A program made the position numbers and the translations under genes. A DNA stretch of 64,000 bases. Origin: Nitrospinaceae bacterium (GTDB lineage: Bacteria > Nitrospinota > Nitrospinia > Nitrospinales > VA-1). The stretch is taken from NCBI GenBank assembly GCA_046754465.1, contig JBHHVU010000008.1:1-64000 (forward strand). The letters run 5' to 3'. Positions 1 to 10,000 of this stretch are shown one piece after another; the first letter of the stretch is position 1; each line of letters starts with the position of its first letter. Under the pieces are notes generated by a model, which ran no database searches, was not told the DNA's origin, and was given only the letters and a program-made list of their open reading frames with translations.

Positions 1-13
1 TTAGATCTTTCAT
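1..13 (-). CDS. khpA: 5' end of a probable KH-domain RNA-binding protein (partial, runs off the window)
   Basis: ATG AAA GAT CTA (MKDL) preceded by a strong SD (GAGGAGGGAG). Lies directly downstream of rpsP, matching the conserved ffh-rpsP-khpA-rimM-trmD order. Only 4 codons are visible. Confidence 0.5.
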
Positions 14-126
14 GACTCCCTCCTCACACCGCAAAGCAACGGCCGCTGAATTTGGGAAGAACGATCTGAATCGGATATTCAACTGCAACGTAATGCGAAT
101 TTTGGCCGGGTGGGAACCGATAAAAT

Positions 127-372
127 CTATTGACCGACCCCAGCTTTTTTGAAGAGAGAGGCGACGGTTTTGCTCGGTTGGGCGCCTTTCGCGATCCAGG
201 CGGAGGCTTTTTCCTTGTCGATCCGGCAATTGTCCTCCTCTTTTAATGGGTCGAATGTTCCAAGAATTTCCAGGAATCTGCCGTCCCTGGGTTTCCGGGA
301 GTCGGCCGCCACGATCCGGTAAAAGGGTTTCTTTTTCGTTCCTCGTCTCGTCAGTCTAATCACAACAGCCAA
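127..372 (-). CDS. rpsP: 30S ribosomal protein S16
   Basis: [42 protein letters not shown] is the S16 signature. TTG start with GGAGG SD. Confidence 0.98.
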   Translation of the reverse strand: MAVVIRLTRRGTKKKPFYRIVAADSRKPRDGRFLEILGTFDPLKEEDNCRIDKEKASAWIAKGAQPSKTVASLFKKAGVGQ

Positions 373-473
373 AATATTTCCTCCTATGATTATGATCGAA
401 TATAAAGGGATTTGAGTTGGTAATTCACAGTCTCAATACACACGCTCCCGCGGGCTTCTTAAAAATGTTCCGG

Positions 474-1820
474 TCAGAAGGGGCCGGGTCCCCGGCCGCC
501 CATGAGGCTTCCGAGATTAAAGCCGCTCCTGAATTTTCCCATGTTAAACTTTTTCATCATTTTTTGCATCTGCCCAAACTGTTTGAGCAGTTTGTTGATC
601 TCGTGAACGCTGGTCCCGCTTCCGGTGGCAATACGGCGCTTTCGGCTGCCATTGATGATATTGTGGCGGCCTCTTTCCGCGGGGGTCATGGAGTTGATGA
701 TGGCCTCCACCCGCGTAAAGGCCTTTTCGTCGATGTTCAATCCCTTGAGTTTGTTGGCGCCGGGGATCATGCCGATCAGTTGTTGAATGGAACCCATTTT
801 CTGGATCTGCTGAAGCTGGTCCCTGAAATCTTCCAGGGTGAAGGCGTTTTTCTTGAGTTTCTTTTCCAGGGCCTGCTGTTGTTCCTGGTCGTAGGTCTCT
901 TCTGCCTTTTCGACCAGGGAGAGGACATCGCCCATTCCCAGGATTCGCGAGACGATGCGATCGGGGTAAAAGGGTTCCAACGCCTCAATCTTTTCCCCGG
1001 TGCCGATGAAGCGGATGGGTTTTCCGGTCACGCTTTTAATGGAAAGGGCGGCTCCTCCCCGGGCGTCGCCATCCATCTTGGTCAAAATCACTCCGTCGAT
1101 GCCCACCGCCTCGTGGAAAGCCGCCGCCACCGCCGCGGCCTGCTGGCCCATCATGGCGTCGGCGACAAAAAGCACTTCGTGGGGCTTCACCGTTTCTTTA
1201 ATGGCTTTCAACTCCCGCATCAGATCTTCATCGATCTGGGTGCGGCCCGCCGTATCCAGGATGACCACGGGAATCAACCGCCGGGCGGCTTCCTCCACCG
1301 ACCGTTGACAGATATCCACCGGATCGTTCTCCCCGCTGGAGGGAAACACCTCGATGCCCAGGTCGCGTCCGAGAACGTTCAATTGTTCGATGGCGGCGGG
1401 ACGATACACGTCCGCCGGAACGAGAAGGCATTTCTTCCCCTTCTCCTGGAACCGCCGGGCCAGTTTACCCACGGTGGTGGTTTTACCGGACCCCTGGAGT
1501 CCCGCCATCAGAATGATGGTTGGCGGTTTGGGGGCAAATTGGATATCATTGAAATCATCGCCCAATAGGGCGGTCAATTCGTCGTTGACGACCTTGACCA
1601 TTTGGTGGCCGGGGGCCAGGCTGGCCAAAATCTCCTGGCCGACCGCTTTTTCCCGAATGCCGGCCAGAAAATTCTTGATGACGGGGAGGCTGACATCGGC
1701 CTCGATCAGCGCGATCCGGATTTCCCGGAGGGCCTCGTCCACATCGGATTCCTTGAGGAGGCCGCGGCCCTTTAATTTCTTGTAGATCGCCTCGAGGCGG
1801 CTGGACAGGTTATCGAACAT
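474..1820 (-). CDS. ffh: Signal recognition particle protein Ffh
   Basis: GLQGSGKTTT, DTAGR, TKMDGDARGGAAL motifs, Met-rich M domain, adjacent to rpsP. Confidence 0.98.
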   Translation of the reverse strand: MFDNLSSRLEAIYKKLKGRGLLKESDVDEALREIRIALIEADVSLPVIKNFLAGIREKAVGQEILASLAPGHQMVKVVNDELTALLGDDFNDIQFAPKPPTIILMAGLQGSGKTTTVGKLARRFQEKGKKCLLVPADVYRPAAIEQLNVLGRDLGIEVFPSSGENDPVDICQRSVEEAARRLIPVVILDTAGRTQIDEDLMRELKAIKETVKPHEVLFVADAMMGQQAAAVAAAFHEAVGIDGVILTKMDGDARGGAALSIKSVTGKPIRFIGTGEKIEALEPFYPDRIVSRILGMGDVLSLVEKAEETYDQEQQQALEKKLKKNAFTLEDFRDQLQQIQKMGSIQQLIGMIPGANKLKGLNIDEKAFTRVEAIINSMTPAERGRHNIINGSRKRRIATGSGTSVHEINKLLKQFGQMQKMMKKFNMGKFRSGFNLGSLMGGRGPGPF

Positions 1821-1877
1821 GAGATGACGAAAAAGTGCCTTATTTAGCAGGGTTTAACGGGCTATTGTAAATAGGCT

Positions 1878-1905
1878 AGTATATAATAACACTTGGTAAT
1901 GTCAA
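1878..1905 (-). promoter_or_regulatory. Putative sigma70 promoter for ffh
   Basis: Minus strand TTGACA (1905-1900), 16 nt, TATACT (1883-1878). Overlaps a + strand TATAAT at 1882-1887 facing queC. Confidence 0.55.
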
Positions 1906-1924
1906 GAATCATTCCAAATCATTC

Positions 1925-2626
1925 ATGACCCGGAAAGCTGTTGTTTTATTGAGCGGTGGGCTCGACTCCGCCACCACCCTCGCCATCGCCCGGCGGGAAG
2001 GGTTTCAGACCTTCACCTTGAGTTTCGATTATGGGCAAAGACATCGTGTGGAGCTCGGCCGGGCGCGGGAAATCTCCGCGTCCCTCGGCGCCCGGGAACA
2101 CGAGGAGGTGCGCATCGATCTGCGTCAGTTTGGCGGATCGGCCCTGACCGATTCCATCGCGGTGCCCACGCACCGGAGCGAGGGGGAAATCGCCTCGGGC
2201 ATCCCCGTCACGTACGTCCCGGCGCGCAACACCATTTTTCTTGCCTTCTGTCTCGCTTACGCCGAGGTGAAACACGCGGCGGATTTGTTCCTTGGGGTCA
2301 ATGCCATCGATTACAGCGGGTATCCCGATTGCCGGCCGGAATTCATCGCGGCCTTTGAACGGCTGGCCAACCTCGCCACCAGGGCCGGTGTCGAGGGCAA
2401 GAAAAGTTTTAAAATCCACACTCCCCTGATTCGTCTCACCAAATCCGAAATCATCAAAAAAGGGCTCGAACTGGGAGTGGATTACGGCCGGACCCATAGT
2501 TGTTATGATCCCGGTCCCGAGGGGCTCGCCTGCGGGGTCTGCGACAGTTGCCTGCTCCGCCTCAAGGGGTTCCGGGAAGCGGGGGTGAAGGATCCCATCC
2601 CCTACCGGCAGGGTCGGGCGGAATAA
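1925..2626 (+). CDS. queC: 7-cyano-7-deazaguanine synthase
   Basis: [22 protein letters not shown] and C-terminal Zn motif SCY...CGVCDSC. Confidence 0.96.
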   Translation: MTRKAVVLLSGGLDSATTLAIARREGFQTFTLSFDYGQRHRVELGRAREISASLGAREHEEVRIDLRQFGGSALTDSIAVPTHRSEGEIASGIPVTYVPARNTIFLAFCLAYAEVKHAADLFLGVNAIDYSGYPDCRPEFIAAFERLANLATRAGVEGKKSFKIHTPLIRLTKSEIIKKGLELGVDYGRTHSCYDPGPEGLACGVCDSCLLRLKGFREAGVKDPIPYRQGRAE

Positions 2627-2681
2627 ATCGAGGGGATTGCGCGGCGGGAAAAGCCGGTGTTGACCGGGAGGGGGTTGGCAA

Positions 2682-5261
2682 TCACTCGACCCGCACCGCC
2701 TCCATGGGATTGACCCGGACGGCCAACCGGGCCGGGTACAGTCCGGCGCAAAAGGAAACTCCCCAGAACATCAGTGTGGTGAACAGGATGAACAGGATGG
2801 GGAAATGGACCTGAATGGTCCACCCGAATGATTGTTTGTTGACCACGAAGATCAGGATGTAGGATACGATCACCCCCGCCACCAGCCCCATCACCGACCC
2901 GATCAACCCCAGAATCCCCGCCTCGATCCATACCACGCGTTTGACCTGTCCGGTGAACGCGCCAAGGAACCGCAGGATGCCTATCTCGCGTTTGCGCTCC
3001 AGGATGAGCGAGATGAGGGTGTTGAACAGTCCCAGTACGGCGACGGCCATGGCGATGATCTCCAGGGAATAGGTGATCGCGAAGGTTTTATCGAAAATCT
3101 CCAGAACGTCTTTCTTGAGCTGGGTGTTGGAGCGGATGATGAGCCGGTAATCTTTTCCCAGGGTGTTGAGGATGGCCTGCCGGACTTGTGGGAGCCGGTT
3201 TTTGTCCGCCAGGTAGATGATGAAACTGTTGATGTCGGGATCCCGGTAATATTTTAGAAAGGTGGACCGATCGATGATGATGTAGCCCCGTTCCCGGGAG
3301 TAATCGTAGTAGACGGCGGCGATTTCCAGATTCAGCGGGCCGTTGGGGGTTTCCAGGGTCAAGGAATCGCCCCGGCCGGCTTGGTGTTTCAGCGAGAACG
3401 TCTCGGAGACGATGGCGCGGTTGTGTCCCACCATCCACCGGGCGAGTTCCCGGGCGGGCGGACCGGATTTGATCACGAGGTTGCCGTATTGGGAAAGGAC
3501 GGAGAAATCGCCGGTTCCCAGGACCGCGGGCTGGTTGTCATAAGTGATGTCGATGGCCCGAAACTGGTCGATCTCGGCCACCCCGGGAATCCGTTTCAGG
3601 GCTTCCACCTTGTCCGTCGGCAGGGTGTATTGGTAATCGATGTCCCGGCCGCCCGCGATGCGGATGAACAGGTCCGCCCGCAGGGTCTGGCCGATCCAGA
3701 CGATCACCGTCTGCCGGAAGCTGTGAACCATGATCGACATGCTGATGACCATCATGAAAGCGATGGCGAGGGAAGAGACGGCGAGGGAATTGCGGCCCAC
3801 ATTCTGCGACAGGTTCATGCTGGCCAGCAGGCCTTCGCCCCCGAACCATTTTTTGCATACCCCATGCAATGCGTCGCGCGCGAACAGCAGGGCCGCGGGC
3901 GACAGCAGCGACAGTCCCAGGATAAGAAGAAAGACCGACAGGAACCCGAAATAGGGAAAGCCGTCGATGGCGGGCAACTGGGAGCACACCGCCGCCAGCA
4001 GGAAGGCGGTCAGGGCGGCTTGGGTGAGTCTCCGGTTGCCGCGGAACAGCTTGAGGTCGTAACTGCCGCGGCGCATGACGAGGGTGGGAGGGGTCCGCGC
4101 GGCGTCCCAGGCGGGGATGAGGGCGGAAATGAAGGATAGCCCGACGCCTAAAAGGAAATAGGGTCCCATCTGGTTCCAATGAAATTCCACCTCGGTCACG
4201 TAGCTGGGGGCGTAAAGGTTGTTGACGGTCAACGATATGGCGTCGAGGGAAAACTGCGCGAAGTAGTACCCCAGTCCGATGCCCAGGAGGGAGCCGGCCA
4301 CGCCGATGATCCCGGCCTCGAGGAAGAAGATCAGGGCGATCAGCCCGGGGCCGGCCCCGAGGGCGCGCAGGGCGCCGATCTCCATCCGGCGGCGCACCAC
4401 CGACAGGGCCACCATGTTATAGATCAGGTACAGCCCCACCAGCAGGGAAACAAAACTGAGAGCCGTCAGGTTGTATTGGAACGCCCGCAGCATTTTTTCG
4501 ACCTGCTTGTTTTTCCGTTCCGGCCGGTCGATCTTTAAAAAGTCCGGAAGCACGGCGTCGATCTTTTTCCGCATGCGGCCGAAGTCGCGGTCCGCGAGAA
4601 ATTCCACGTCGATGCGGTCGAGCCTGCCCAGCCGTCCCAAGACAAGCTGTGCCGCGGCGATATCCATCATCGCGAAATTGCCGTTCAAGGCCTTGGCGAT
4701 CCCCTTGTTCTCCAGCACCGCGGCCACGTGGAGCTCCTGCTCCTTGCCGTTGATGAGAAACCGGACGGTGTCCCCCGGCTCGTAGTGCGTTCCGGGAATG
4801 AACTGTTCCGGGAGGATGATCCCCCGGGGGTCCATGATCAGGGGGAGGAGTCCCTTGAGGTCCTTATCCACGGTTTTCAGGGAAAAATCGCGGATGCCGC
4901 TGTCCTGGAGCAGATCGGTTCCCAAAATTTCGACCACCTCTCCGGTTTTCATTTCCACGCCGTATCCCTGGATCACGGGATAAGCCTTGATCCATTCCCG
5001 GAGGGACAGCAGCCGCCGGAAATATTTTTCATCGAAGGTCATGCCCTCGGCGTGAATCACGGCGTTGGATTTGCCGAGAACGAGGTCGACGCTTTCCTTG
5101 AAGGACATCATGGTCTGGGTATTGGCCAGCCGGATGCTCAGAAAGACGGCCACGCCGATGGCCACGCCCAAAATGGTGATCCCCGTGCGAAAGCGGTCCC
5201 CCATCAGCGGGCGCAGGATGAGTGCCTGGAACAGGTCCTTGAAGTAAAAGAGAAAACTCAT
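2682..5261 (-). CDS. ABC transporter permease, FtsX/MacB-like, two permease modules
   Basis: 859 aa with two TM clusters carrying RRxEIGxLRxLGA motifs and large extracytoplasmic loops. Confidence 0.88.
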   Translation of the reverse strand: MSFLFYFKDLFQALILRPLMGDRFRTGITILGVAIGVAVFLSIRLANTQTMMSFKESVDLVLGKSNAVIHAEGMTFDEKYFRRLLSLREWIKAYPVIQGYGVEMKTGEVVEILGTDLLQDSGIRDFSLKTVDKDLKGLLPLIMDPRGIILPEQFIPGTHYEPGDTVRFLINGKEQELHVAAVLENKGIAKALNGNFAMMDIAAAQLVLGRLGRLDRIDVEFLADRDFGRMRKKIDAVLPDFLKIDRPERKNKQVEKMLRAFQYNLTALSFVSLLVGLYLIYNMVALSVVRRRMEIGALRALGAGPGLIALIFFLEAGIIGVAGSLLGIGLGYYFAQFSLDAISLTVNNLYAPSYVTEVEFHWNQMGPYFLLGVGLSFISALIPAWDAARTPPTLVMRRGSYDLKLFRGNRRLTQAALTAFLLAAVCSQLPAIDGFPYFGFLSVFLLILGLSLLSPAALLFARDALHGVCKKWFGGEGLLASMNLSQNVGRNSLAVSSLAIAFMMVISMSIMVHSFRQTVIVWIGQTLRADLFIRIAGGRDIDYQYTLPTDKVEALKRIPGVAEIDQFRAIDITYDNQPAVLGTGDFSVLSQYGNLVIKSGPPARELARWMVGHNRAIVSETFSLKHQAGRGDSLTLETPNGPLNLEIAAVYYDYSRERGYIIIDRSTFLKYYRDPDINSFIIYLADKNRLPQVRQAILNTLGKDYRLIIRSNTQLKKDVLEIFDKTFAITYSLEIIAMAVAVLGLFNTLISLILERKREIGILRFLGAFTGQVKRVVWIEAGILGLIGSVMGLVAGVIVSYILIFVVNKQSFGWTIQVHFPILFILFTTLMFWGVSFCAGLYPARLAVRVNPMEAVRVE

Positions 5262-5274
5262 GGGAGCCGGAGGG

Positions 5275-5958
5275 TCATTCTCTTACGGTCAATTTACCGT
5301 CGCGGATTTCAAAATGACGGTTGCCGTAAGTGGCGATCCGCGGGTTGTGGGTGACGACCACCACGGTGGTATGGAATTCCACGCAGGCCTTTTTCATCAG
5401 GTCGAGGATTTTGATACCGTTTTCCGAGTCGAGGTTGCCGGTGGGTTCGTCGGCGAGGATGATGGAAGGATGATGGACGAGCGCCCGGGCGATGGCCACC
5501 CGCTGCATCTCCCCACCCGACAGTTCCGCGGGGAAGGAATGCTCCCGGCCGAGGAGGCCCACATATTCCAGAAGAGTACGGATGCGCCGGCTCTCGGTTT
5601 TCGCGGAGTGGCTCAACAAAAGCGGCAGTTCCACGTTTTCCCGGATCGTCAACGTCGGCATCAGATTGAAAAACTGGAACACGAACCCGATCTCCCGGCG
5701 GCGGAGCCCGGTCAGTTCCCGGTCGTTCATCCGGGTGATCTCCCCGCCGTTGAGAAAAATTTCCCCCTCGCTGGGCGTGTCCAGTCCGCCCAGGCAGTTG
5801 AGCAGGGTGGTCTTCCCTCCGCCGCTCGGACCCATCACGGTGACGAAGTCGCCGGAATCCATTTCCAGGTTCACGTGAGACAGCGCGGTGACCCGCGTGG
5901 TTCCCGCCTGGTAATATTTGCTGACATCCCGGAATTTGATGAGAGGGGAGCTGGGCAT
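5275..5958 (-). CDS. ABC transporter ATP-binding protein (LolD/MacB-like)
   Basis: Walker A GPSGGGKTT, signature LSGGEMQRVAIARAL, DEPTGNLD. Confidence 0.93.
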   Translation of the reverse strand: MPSSPLIKFRDVSKYYQAGTTRVTALSHVNLEMDSGDFVTVMGPSGGGKTTLLNCLGGLDTPSEGEIFLNGGEITRMNDRELTGLRRREIGFVFQFFNLMPTLTIRENVELPLLLSHSAKTESRRIRTLLEYVGLLGREHSFPAELSGGEMQRVAIARALVHHPSIILADEPTGNLDSENGIKILDLMKKACVEFHTTVVVVTHNPRIATYGNRHFEIRDGKLTVRE

Positions 5959-6105
5959 GATCTACATCGAGTTGGCATTCAAACCGAGCCAGCAGGATAT
6001 TAGAATTGCGGGAAATTCTCAATTACAAAACCGGCGGCCGCACTGCCTGGGGAGGGGATGGGGGAAGTGATCTTCCCCCGGCTGGCCGTTACAGGATCTT
6101 ACCTC

Positions 6106-6576
6106 TTATCGATCGCGGCCGCGGCGGCGGTGGAACCTTTCTGGTATGAGGTCATGATCATTATCTTTTCCCCGGTCATGGTCTTCAAAGGAATCGTGGT
6201 CTTTGTCCCGATGATGTTCCTCGCGTTCGTGCTCAAAATCGTCATCGCCGCGATGTCTTCGTCCATGATCGCGATCTTCAAAAAATTCCCTGTCGATTGA
6301 ATGCCCGCGGTCTTCAAAATGATCCCGGCCTCTTCCACGGCCCCGGTCATGACCGCCACCGTGACCTCCTCCATGACCGCCCTTGGCGATTTGGAGTCGG
6401 CTCGCTCCCTCCTTCACCTTGAGGATACCGGATTCCGAAACGTCCGCGCCGATGCGGTTTTTCCAGACCTTTTCAGGGGTCGGGGGGGTTTCCATGGAAT
6501 ATGCCGGATTAGGCAAAATAAGGAATGCGAGGAAGCCCAGGAAAACGGCGGAAAAATGGAACAAGGCTTTCATCAT
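6106..6576 (-). CDS. Secreted low-complexity His/Asp/Arg/Glu-rich protein
   Basis: Signal-peptide-like N-terminus (MMKALFHF...PAYS), GGHGGGHGGGH, repeated FEDxxH units, GGAG SD upstream. Confidence 0.65.
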   Translation of the reverse strand: MMKALFHFSAVFLGFLAFLILPNPAYSMETPPTPEKVWKNRIGADVSESGILKVKEGASRLQIAKGGHGGGHGGGHDRGRGRGRDHFEDRGHSIDREFFEDRDHGRRHRGDDDFEHEREEHHRDKDHDSFEDHDRGKDNDHDLIPERFHRRRGRDR

Positions 6577-6598
6577 GGGTTCTCCCGAATGAAGGGGT

Positions 6599-7078
6599 TC
6601 AGGGTGTATCTCCCGGCCGGTTCAGGGTTAACAGATACATGACGGTGGCGGGATTTTTATTTTCATCTTCCTGAAACCGATGGGTTCCGTCCTTCAGTAT
6701 CGACTGGGTTTGGACGATGATTTCATCGGCGGTGGACTTGTCTTTTAAAATGGTGGCTTTCCTGGCATCCACGCTCATGCGGGTGGTTTCCCGCGTGATG
6801 GGTTCCAGGACGATGGCGATGTCGAGATCCCGGGTGGCGGCCTGGATTTCCCGGCCTTTGTTATTTTCATCGTCACTGAGAATCGCGATTTCCATTTTGT
6901 TCAGCGCTAGCACCAGAGCCTGATGGACTTGGCCCAGTGAATAATTGGAGGTTTTATGGGCCACGTTGATCACGGTGTAGCCCGCGCCCATGGTAATCGC
7001 GCTCAAGGCCACGGCGGCGCACCCGGAACAAGCATACCCCACAAAAGAAAGTAAACTCAATTTAATAAAATTCTTCAT
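6599..7078 (-). CDS. Lipoprotein, DUF3568-like
   Basis: MKNFIKL...ACSGC lipobox, hydrophobic A/G stretch and C-terminal DKSTADEII motif. Start trimmed to ATG 7078. Confidence 0.7.
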   Translation of the reverse strand: MKNFIKLSLLSFVGYACSGCAAVALSAITMGAGYTVINVAHKTSNYSLGQVHQALVLALNKMEIAILSDDENNKGREIQAATRDLDIAIVLEPITRETTRMSVDARKATILKDKSTADEIIVQTQSILKDGTHRFQEDENKNPATVMYLLTLNRPGDTP

Positions 7079-7139
7079 AAGATGGAAACAGGGTTTGGGC
7101 AAACGATCCTGGATTTATTTGAGGGTTGTTAAGGATTAA

Positions 7140-7155
7140 TGCAAATTTCGAGCCA
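7140..7155 (-). promoter_or_regulatory. Sigma54 (-24/-12) promoter
   Basis: Minus strand TGGCTCGAAATTTGCA against consensus TGGCACG-N4-TTGCW (one mismatch), about 60 nt upstream of the lipoprotein ATG. Confidence 0.7.
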
Positions 7156-7325
7156 TTTTGTTTCATTGAATTGTTGGGAATTACTCGCTTTATCGGTGCC
7201 GGAAAAATTCGGTCCGTCAGAATTTTTATGCCCCTATGACAAAAGATGGCACCCCTGTTTAGGACATTGCGCCGGACGGGTCTTTATGCTATTCATTGGC
7301 TTTTTCTGAAAATGGTTGGAGGGTT

Positions 7326-8513
7326 ATGGCTATTTCCCGGAAAATCAGTTCGTTTATGGAGAAATCTTCCTGGATCCGGAAAATGTTCGAGGAAGGGATC
7401 CGCTTGAAACAGGAAGTGGGTGAGGAGAATGTATTCGATCTGTCGCTGGGCAACCCGGTGGTGGAGCCTCCCGGAAAACTGCGGCAGGCGTTGATCGCCG
7501 CCGCTCAAGACCCGGCGCCCGGTTTGCACCGTTACATGCCCAACGCGGGTTTTGTGGACGTTCGCGAGGCGGCGGCCCGGTCCCTCTCCCCGGAGTGCAA
7601 GGTGGAACTGACCGCGGACGACGTGGTGATGGTTTGTGGCGCGGCGGGCGGGTTGAACATCACGCTCAAGACCCTCCTGGACCCGGGAGACGAGGTACTC
7701 ATTTTTTCTCCCTATTTCGTGGAATACCTGTTTTATGCGGACAATCATGGAGGCCGGGCGGTATCCGTCCCCACCCGGCAGGATTTCTCTCTCGATCTGG
7801 AGGCCCTTCGGGCGGCGGTCACCGAAAAGACCCGGGCGGTGATCGTCAATTCCCCCAACAATCCCACGGGGGTGGTGTATTCGCGGCGGACCCTGGAAGA
7901 GTTGGCGGGGGTTCTCCGGGAGGTCACCGCGAGGTATGGCCGGGCGGTGTACCTTGTTTCCGACGACCCTTACAAGAAGATCGTCTTCGACGGATTGGAA
8001 ACGCCGAACATCTGTGAATTTTATGATCACAGCATTTACATCACTTCGCATTCCAAGGACCTCGCCGTTCCCGGCGAACGGATCGGTATGGTCGTGGTTC
8101 ACCCACGCTGCGAGGACGCGAAACAGTTGATGGCCGGCCTAATCTTCTGCAACCGGGTGCTGGGATTCGTCAACGCCCCGGCGCTGATCCAGCGGGCGGT
8201 CAAGAACGTTCAGGGGGTGACGGTGGATGTCCAGGATTACCAGAGAAAGCGGGATACCCTTTACCGGGAACTGGAACGGATCGGCTATTCGGTGGTCAAA
8301 CCCCGGGGGGCGTTTTATTTTTTCCCGAAATCACCGCTGGAGGACGAGGTGGAATTCGTCCGGATCCTCGCTTCGAAAAAGGTTCTTGTGGTGCCCGGAC
8401 GCGGATTCGGCCTTCCGGGTTATTTCCGCTTGTCGTACTGTGTTCCGGACCGGGTGATCGCGGGTTCCATCGCCGGGTTCGAGGCCGCGTTCGAGGAAGC
8501 CTCCCGTGGGTGA
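7326..8513 (+). CDS. PLP-dependent aminotransferase, class I/II (aspartate aminotransferase-like)
   Basis: NSPNNPTG, SDDPY, SHSKDLAVPGERIG (PLP lysine). Start taken at ATG 7326 after GGAGG. Confidence 0.92.
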   Translation: MAISRKISSFMEKSSWIRKMFEEGIRLKQEVGEENVFDLSLGNPVVEPPGKLRQALIAAAQDPAPGLHRYMPNAGFVDVREAAARSLSPECKVELTADDVVMVCGAAGGLNITLKTLLDPGDEVLIFSPYFVEYLFYADNHGGRAVSVPTRQDFSLDLEALRAAVTEKTRAVIVNSPNNPTGVVYSRRTLEELAGVLREVTARYGRAVYLVSDDPYKKIVFDGLETPNICEFYDHSIYITSHSKDLAVPGERIGMVVVHPRCEDAKQLMAGLIFCNRVLGFVNAPALIQRAVKNVQGVTVDVQDYQRKRDTLYRELERIGYSVVKPRGAFYFFPKSPLEDEVEFVRILASKKVLVVPGRGFGLPGYFRLSYCVPDRVIAGSIAGFEAAFEEASRG

Positions 8514-8717
8514 CTTGCCCCAATCGGTCTGTATGCCCCTGCGAAGCATGCGCCCATGGCCTTGCCTTCCTTCCATTTCCTCATGGCGCGCCCGGGGTTT
8601 CGCGGATACCTGCCGGGATTAATTTTGGTGGGGAAGAACCCTTTCTGATAAAATAATATCTTACTTAATGAACCATCTTTAAATCATTTTCTGAATGACT
8701 CCGGATAGGATCGCGTC

Positions 8718-9872
8718 ATGGCTTTGAATCAAGAACAGATAAACCGTTACAGCCGCCATCTGTTGCTGCCCGAAGTGGGCGTCGAGGGACAGGAGAAAAT
8801 TTGCGGGGCCAAGGTGCTCTGCATCGGCACCGGCGGGTTGGGGTCTCCCCTCGGCCTCTACCTGGCAGCGGCCGGTTTGGGCAAACTGGGGATGGTGGAT
8901 TTCGATGTGGTGGATTTCAGCAACCTTCAACGGCAGGTCCTGCACGGGGAATCGTCGGTGGGAACCCTGAAAGTGGAGTCCGCCAGGAAGCGGCTTGCCG
9001 ATTTGAATTCCAGCGTGGAGGTGGTGACCTACAATACCCGGCTCACCTCCGAGAACGCGATGGACATTTTCAAGGATTATGACATCATCGTGGACGGGAC
9101 CGATAATTTTCCGACCCGGTACCTGGCCAACGATGCCGCCGTGCTTTTGGGCAAACCCTATATTTACGGATGTATTTTGCGGTTCGAGGGCCAGGCATCG
9201 GTCTTTGACTCCCGGCAGGGACCCTGTTACCGGTGCCTGTATCCCGAGCCGCCGCCGCCCGGTTTGGTCCCCAACTGCGCGGAGGGGGGAGTGCTGGGAA
9301 TCCTGCCGGGAATCGTCGGCTTGATCCAGGCCAACGAAGTCATCAAACTCATTTTGGGAAAGGGAGAGACGCTGGTGGGGCGTCTGTTGATCTTTGACGC
9401 GCTGGCGATGAAGTTCAAGGAATTGAAACTGCGCAAGGACAAAACCTGCCCGGTTTGCGGGGAAAATCCGTCCATCCGGGAACTGGTGGATTACGAACAG
9501 TTTTGTGGTATTCAACCTCCGCAAGAATCCCCGGAGGACAGGAAACTGGAGATCGATGTGGCCGATGTTAAGAAGATGATGGACGGCAACCAGAATTTCA
9601 AACTGGTCGATGTGCGCGAACCGGCCGAGTACCAGATCTGCCGTATCCAGGGTTCCATCCTGATTCCCCTGGGCGAGATCGAAGCGATGGACCCGGCCAA
9701 CCTCAACGGGCTGCAAAAGGACGACGAGATTGTTTTACATTGTAAGGCGGGGGTTCGCAGTTTGAAAGCCACCAAGGCCTTAATTAAAATGGGGTTCACC
9801 CACGTCAAAAGCATGCGTGGCGGGATCGGTGAATGGTCCGAAAAAATCGATCCCTCGGTGCCGAAATATTAG
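8718..9872 (+). CDS. moeB: MoeB/ThiF adenylyltransferase fused to rhodanese (MoeZ/MOCS3-like)
   Basis: RYSRH, GTGGLG, SNLQRQ, CYRC and CPVC Zn motifs, C-terminal rhodanese HCKAGVRS. Confidence 0.92.
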   Translation: MALNQEQINRYSRHLLLPEVGVEGQEKICGAKVLCIGTGGLGSPLGLYLAAAGLGKLGMVDFDVVDFSNLQRQVLHGESSVGTLKVESARKRLADLNSSVEVVTYNTRLTSENAMDIFKDYDIIVDGTDNFPTRYLANDAAVLLGKPYIYGCILRFEGQASVFDSRQGPCYRCLYPEPPPPGLVPNCAEGGVLGILPGIVGLIQANEVIKLILGKGETLVGRLLIFDALAMKFKELKLRKDKTCPVCGENPSIRELVDYEQFCGIQPPQESPEDRKLEIDVADVKKMMDGNQNFKLVDVREPAEYQICRIQGSILIPLGEIEAMDPANLNGLQKDDEIVLHCKAGVRSLKATKALIKMGFTHVKSMRGGIGEWSEKIDPSVPKY

Positions 9873-9921
9873 AATCGTGTCTTCCCATGGAATGCCCGGG
9901 GAGGGCGATGGTTTAATGCCC

Positions 9922-9950
9922 TTGACATTATACCGTTCCGAGTTTATTTT
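9922..9950 (+). promoter_or_regulatory. Putative sigma70 promoter
   Basis: TTGACA (9922-9927), 17 nt, TATTTT (9945-9950) upstream of the ORF at 10001. Confidence 0.55.
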
Positions 9951-10000
9951 TAACGATAGAGTGGTATTTTTATAACTAAAGATATTGAAAGGGGGCTTTC

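Noticed and set aside
1925..2626. QueC as part of a Dpd/Qat-type defence or DNA-modification system
   Set aside because: Canonical-length housekeeping QueC next to ffh, with no dpdA, ATPase, TatD or nuclease neighbours.
6058..6642. Hydrophobic Met/Ile-rich ORFs overlapping the His-rich gene (6058-6300 +, 6301-6642 +, 6099-6374 -)
   Set aside because: By-products of the GAT/CAT/GAC-rich low-complexity sequence. Only the 6576 frame has an SD, a signal peptide and operon fit.
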